Of a DNA stretch of 64,000 bases, positions 61,120 through 64,000 are shown one piece after another. Made by a program: the position numbers and the translations under genes. The notes under the pieces are model-generated. The model saw only the letters and a program-made list of their open reading frames with translations, made no database searches and was not told the DNA's origin. Source of the stretch: Heterodontus francisci (taxonomy: Eukaryota); NCBI RefSeq assembly GCF_036365525.1, contig NC_090372.1, positions 16,827,630 through 16,891,629 on the forward strand. The letters run 5' to 3'. Within the stretch, counting starts at the first letter, position 1, and each line of letters starts with the position of its first letter.

Positions 61120-61810
61120 TTCACACATAAATATTTGCAGGGCTATTGGAAAAAAGCAGGACAGTGGGCCAATTGCTTAGCTCTTTTAAAGAGCCAGCAC
61201 TGGAACACTGGGCCGAATGGCCTCCTTTGTTGCTGTATGATTCTAGGAAGCTTTCTAAAGCTCTGGTTAGGCCCCAACGAGAGTATTACATCCAGTTCTG
61301 GTCACCACACTTGAGAAAGGATGTGAGGGTCCTTGAGAGGGTTGGGGAAGATTTACCAGAATGGCTCCAGGGATGGGGAAATTCTAGTTACAAGGTTAGG
61401 TTGGAAAAGCTGGGTTTGTTCCCCTTAAAACAAAGGATATTGAGGGGAAATTTAATAGAAGTGTACAAGATTATGACAGGCTAAGATAAGTTAAACTGAT
61501 GGTACAAGGATTAGGGGACACATATTGAAGGTTTTCTGCAAGAGATTCGGGGGAATGCGAGGAAGAATTCTTTTACGTAGCATGTGGTAATGATCTGGAA
61601 CTGGTTGCCTATGAGGGTGGTGGAAGCAGAGATAATCAATGACCTCAAAAGGAAATTGGGTGGGCACTTGAAGGAAATAAACTTGCAGGGCTAGGGGGAT
61701 CAAGCAGGTAAGTGGGACTGACTGGACTGCTCTGTGGAGAGCCAGAATGGACTCGTTGGGTCAAATGGCCTCCTTCTATGCTGTAAATGTTTCAATGACT
61801 CAATGATTCT
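61120..61810 (+). mobile_element. CR1 LINE 3' fragments
   Basis: LVRPQREYYIQFWSPHLRKDV...LEKLGLF, plus CR1 3' UTRs. Confidence 0.75.
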
Positions 61811-63104
61811 ACTTCAGTTATCACTGCTTTAAGTTTGATCAGAATTCCAAGTGCGAGTAAAATAAAATCTTGTGTCTAACCTGAGTTGGATAATGATTTA
61901 CAATTCCGGGTGCAAATGCCATTGGTTCTACGCAGGTAGGAGATATAAAATGCATGGAAGTTGAACTTAAAGGATTGGGTTCAATAAAGGGGAGTGTCAC
62001 AAGGAAGCTCAAAAAATTAGATCATTTCTGGGAAAGGCATTATTTCTCTGAGCAATCTTTGCAAAGGCTGAAGAGGCATGGGATTAAGTAATGGTAGAGC
62101 GAGATGTAGGTGCAGGCATAAATCGATAGACAGGCAACATTGCAGGCCAGCACTTTGCCTCCTCTTTGGTGATTGCTGCAGTCAAGTTGGTGCAGCACCA
62201 GATACTAGTGAGGTGGGGGGGGGGAGGGGGGGGTTTCCTCTGTGCCAGTCTGCACCATCCCACAGATCAGCACAGCCTGCAAGAAGGTGCAACCAAGTTT
62301 CAGGCTGCAGATGAACATTATGGACTCTGCAAATGTGCAAGCTCTATGCTGCACAGTAGCTTCAGGTGCCCTAGCAGCAGATGGCAGAGATTGGTATTTT
62401 CCCCCCATCCTGCCCCCTGCTGATCCAGACTCCAAATGGGCAGGTTACCATAGTCTTTCTCAGGTGGTTTTCCCAGGACCTGCAGGCATGGTTGGTCCAT
62501 CTGGCCAAATAATTACCACTGGCTCCTGATCAGCCTGATGTGTCTTCGTTACCTTCCAGCATAAAAGCTAGGCTGGCATTTTCCTCTCCTTGTGATGCCA
62601 CTGGGAGGTCTGCTGGCACAGTCCTCACTGGAGATAGAAAGCTCCTCCAACAACAACTGCACCAAGTGAGGTTCTCTACCTCACTCTGCATGTGTTGGGG
62701 TGAGAGTTCAGGTGCGGCTGGGAGGGTCCAGCCCCCCTCTAGAGTATCCTGACCTGCCTACTATCCTTCCAAGGATCCACTTTTCCTGCAAACACATCAC
62801 CTTGAAACTTGGTGGCAAACTTTCCGGTGCCAAAAAAGGGAGTATGCAGTATTGTAAATAAATAATTCCAGCTAGCACTAAGGTTCATGTCGGTGCCAGC
62901 TGGAAACAAGAAAAATACAAAAAGTGGCTTTAAAATGTCTAATGCACATAAGCTTGAAAAAGTATGTGGGCCTTTTAAATCCTCTCCAATTTGCAGGTCT
63001 GCCTAATGTCCTGCTGCCCACCAGGTTTCCCAAGGCATAGTGGAGACTAGGCATCTAACATGTCCTTGAGACTGAAAGTGATGTGCAACCCTTCCATGTC
63101 CCGT

Positions 63105-63545
63105 TTTTTTTATTTGCTCGTGGGATGTGGGCGTCGCTGGCTAGGCCAACATTTATTGCCCATCCCTAATTGCCCTTGAGAAAATGGTGGTGAACTGCCT
63201 TCTTGAACCGTTGTAGTCCATGTGGGGTAGGTACACCCACAGTGCTGTTAGGAAGGGTTGCAGGATTTTGACCCAGCGACAGTGAAGTAACAGCAATATA
63301 GTTCTGAGTCCGGATGATGTGTGGCTTGGAGGGGAGCTTGCAGGTGGTGGTGTTCCCGTGCATTTGCTGCTCTTGTCCTTCTAGGTGGTAGAGGTCGTGG
63401 GTTTGGAAGGTGCTGTCTAAGGAGCCTTGGTGAGTTGCTGCAGTGCATCTTGTAGATGGTACATACTGCTGCCACTGTGCATCGGTGGTGGAGGGAGTGA
63501 ATGTTTGTGTATGGGGTGCCAATCAAGCGGGCTGCTTTGTCCTGG
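63105..63545 (-). mobile_element. 'Family B' LINE 3' end
   Basis: Highly similar to 19681-20125 (AAVCTIYKMHCSNSPRLLRQHLPNPRPLPPRRTRAA). Confidence 0.88.
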
Positions 63546-64000
63546 TAATGGTAATGAAGCTTTGATGGCGGGGGGAGCTTCAGATGGCCATCCTAGGGAT
63601 GATGTAAATACCAAGCAGGGCCCTAACTGAGTGGGAATCCAGCGGAACTGCATTCCATTGGATTTCCCTCCCTCTTGGATCCAGTTACCACTTGAAATTG
63701 AGGCAGAAACAAGACAAAACTTGCCTCCCATAAATCTGTTGGTGGTTATAAGTGAGATTACTTGTTGTTAAATTATGAGATTCGTGCTGTGCACGGAACC
63801 ACTTACGAAGAACTGAGCGTGGATAAACATCGTAACTTCACAGACACGCTACACAGCCACTGTAAAAGGAAACATTCCTGGCAGGAATCTAATCTAGAAT
63901 TAAAATCAAGTCCTAAAGGTTAAAGGAAACTGTGCTTAACCACGGCGCCACCCAATCCATTACGATAAGTGAATGTTTAACAGAAGTCAGAGTCATCGTC

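Noticed and set aside
62050-63060. Possible Harbinger Myb-like or transposase remnant
   Set aside because: GC-richer sequence with short ORFs but no motif I can support without a profile search.
59640-64000. SLC6A18 exon 4
   Set aside because: No ECxxSS...YFWYRxTLNI-type exon seen. The gene continues beyond the window.

Overview
Vertebrate genomic DNA, most likely from a cartilaginous fish (shark). This is inferred from the repeat repertoire: abundant CR1/HER1-type LINEs, V-domain HE1-type SINEs, L2, RTE and Penelope-like elements. The window carries two tandem + strand SLC6 amino-acid transporter genes. The first is SLC6A19 (B0AT1): coding exons 3-12 at 3261-36401, all GT-AG and phase-compatible, with exons 1-2 upstream of the window. 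The second is SLC6A18 (B0AT3): coding exons 1-3 at 41368-59639, continuing past the window. Introns are filled with nested transposon remnants. The most striking non-genic structure is a family of Penelope-like (GIY-YIG) insertions with clear target-site duplications and minimal hammerhead-ribozyme motifs. One of them is a ~2.15-kb near-perfect palindrome (two ~1.07-kb arms, 8-nt loop) in SLC6A19 intron 8. Also present: a non-autonomous hAT element with an 8-bp TSD, two probable solo LTRs, a TSD-flanked RTE LINE, Harbinger-like MITEs, a 17-bp minisatellite, and a substitution at a normally conserved TM3 Trp in SLC6A19. All assignments were made by eye from recalled family motifs; no database search was run.
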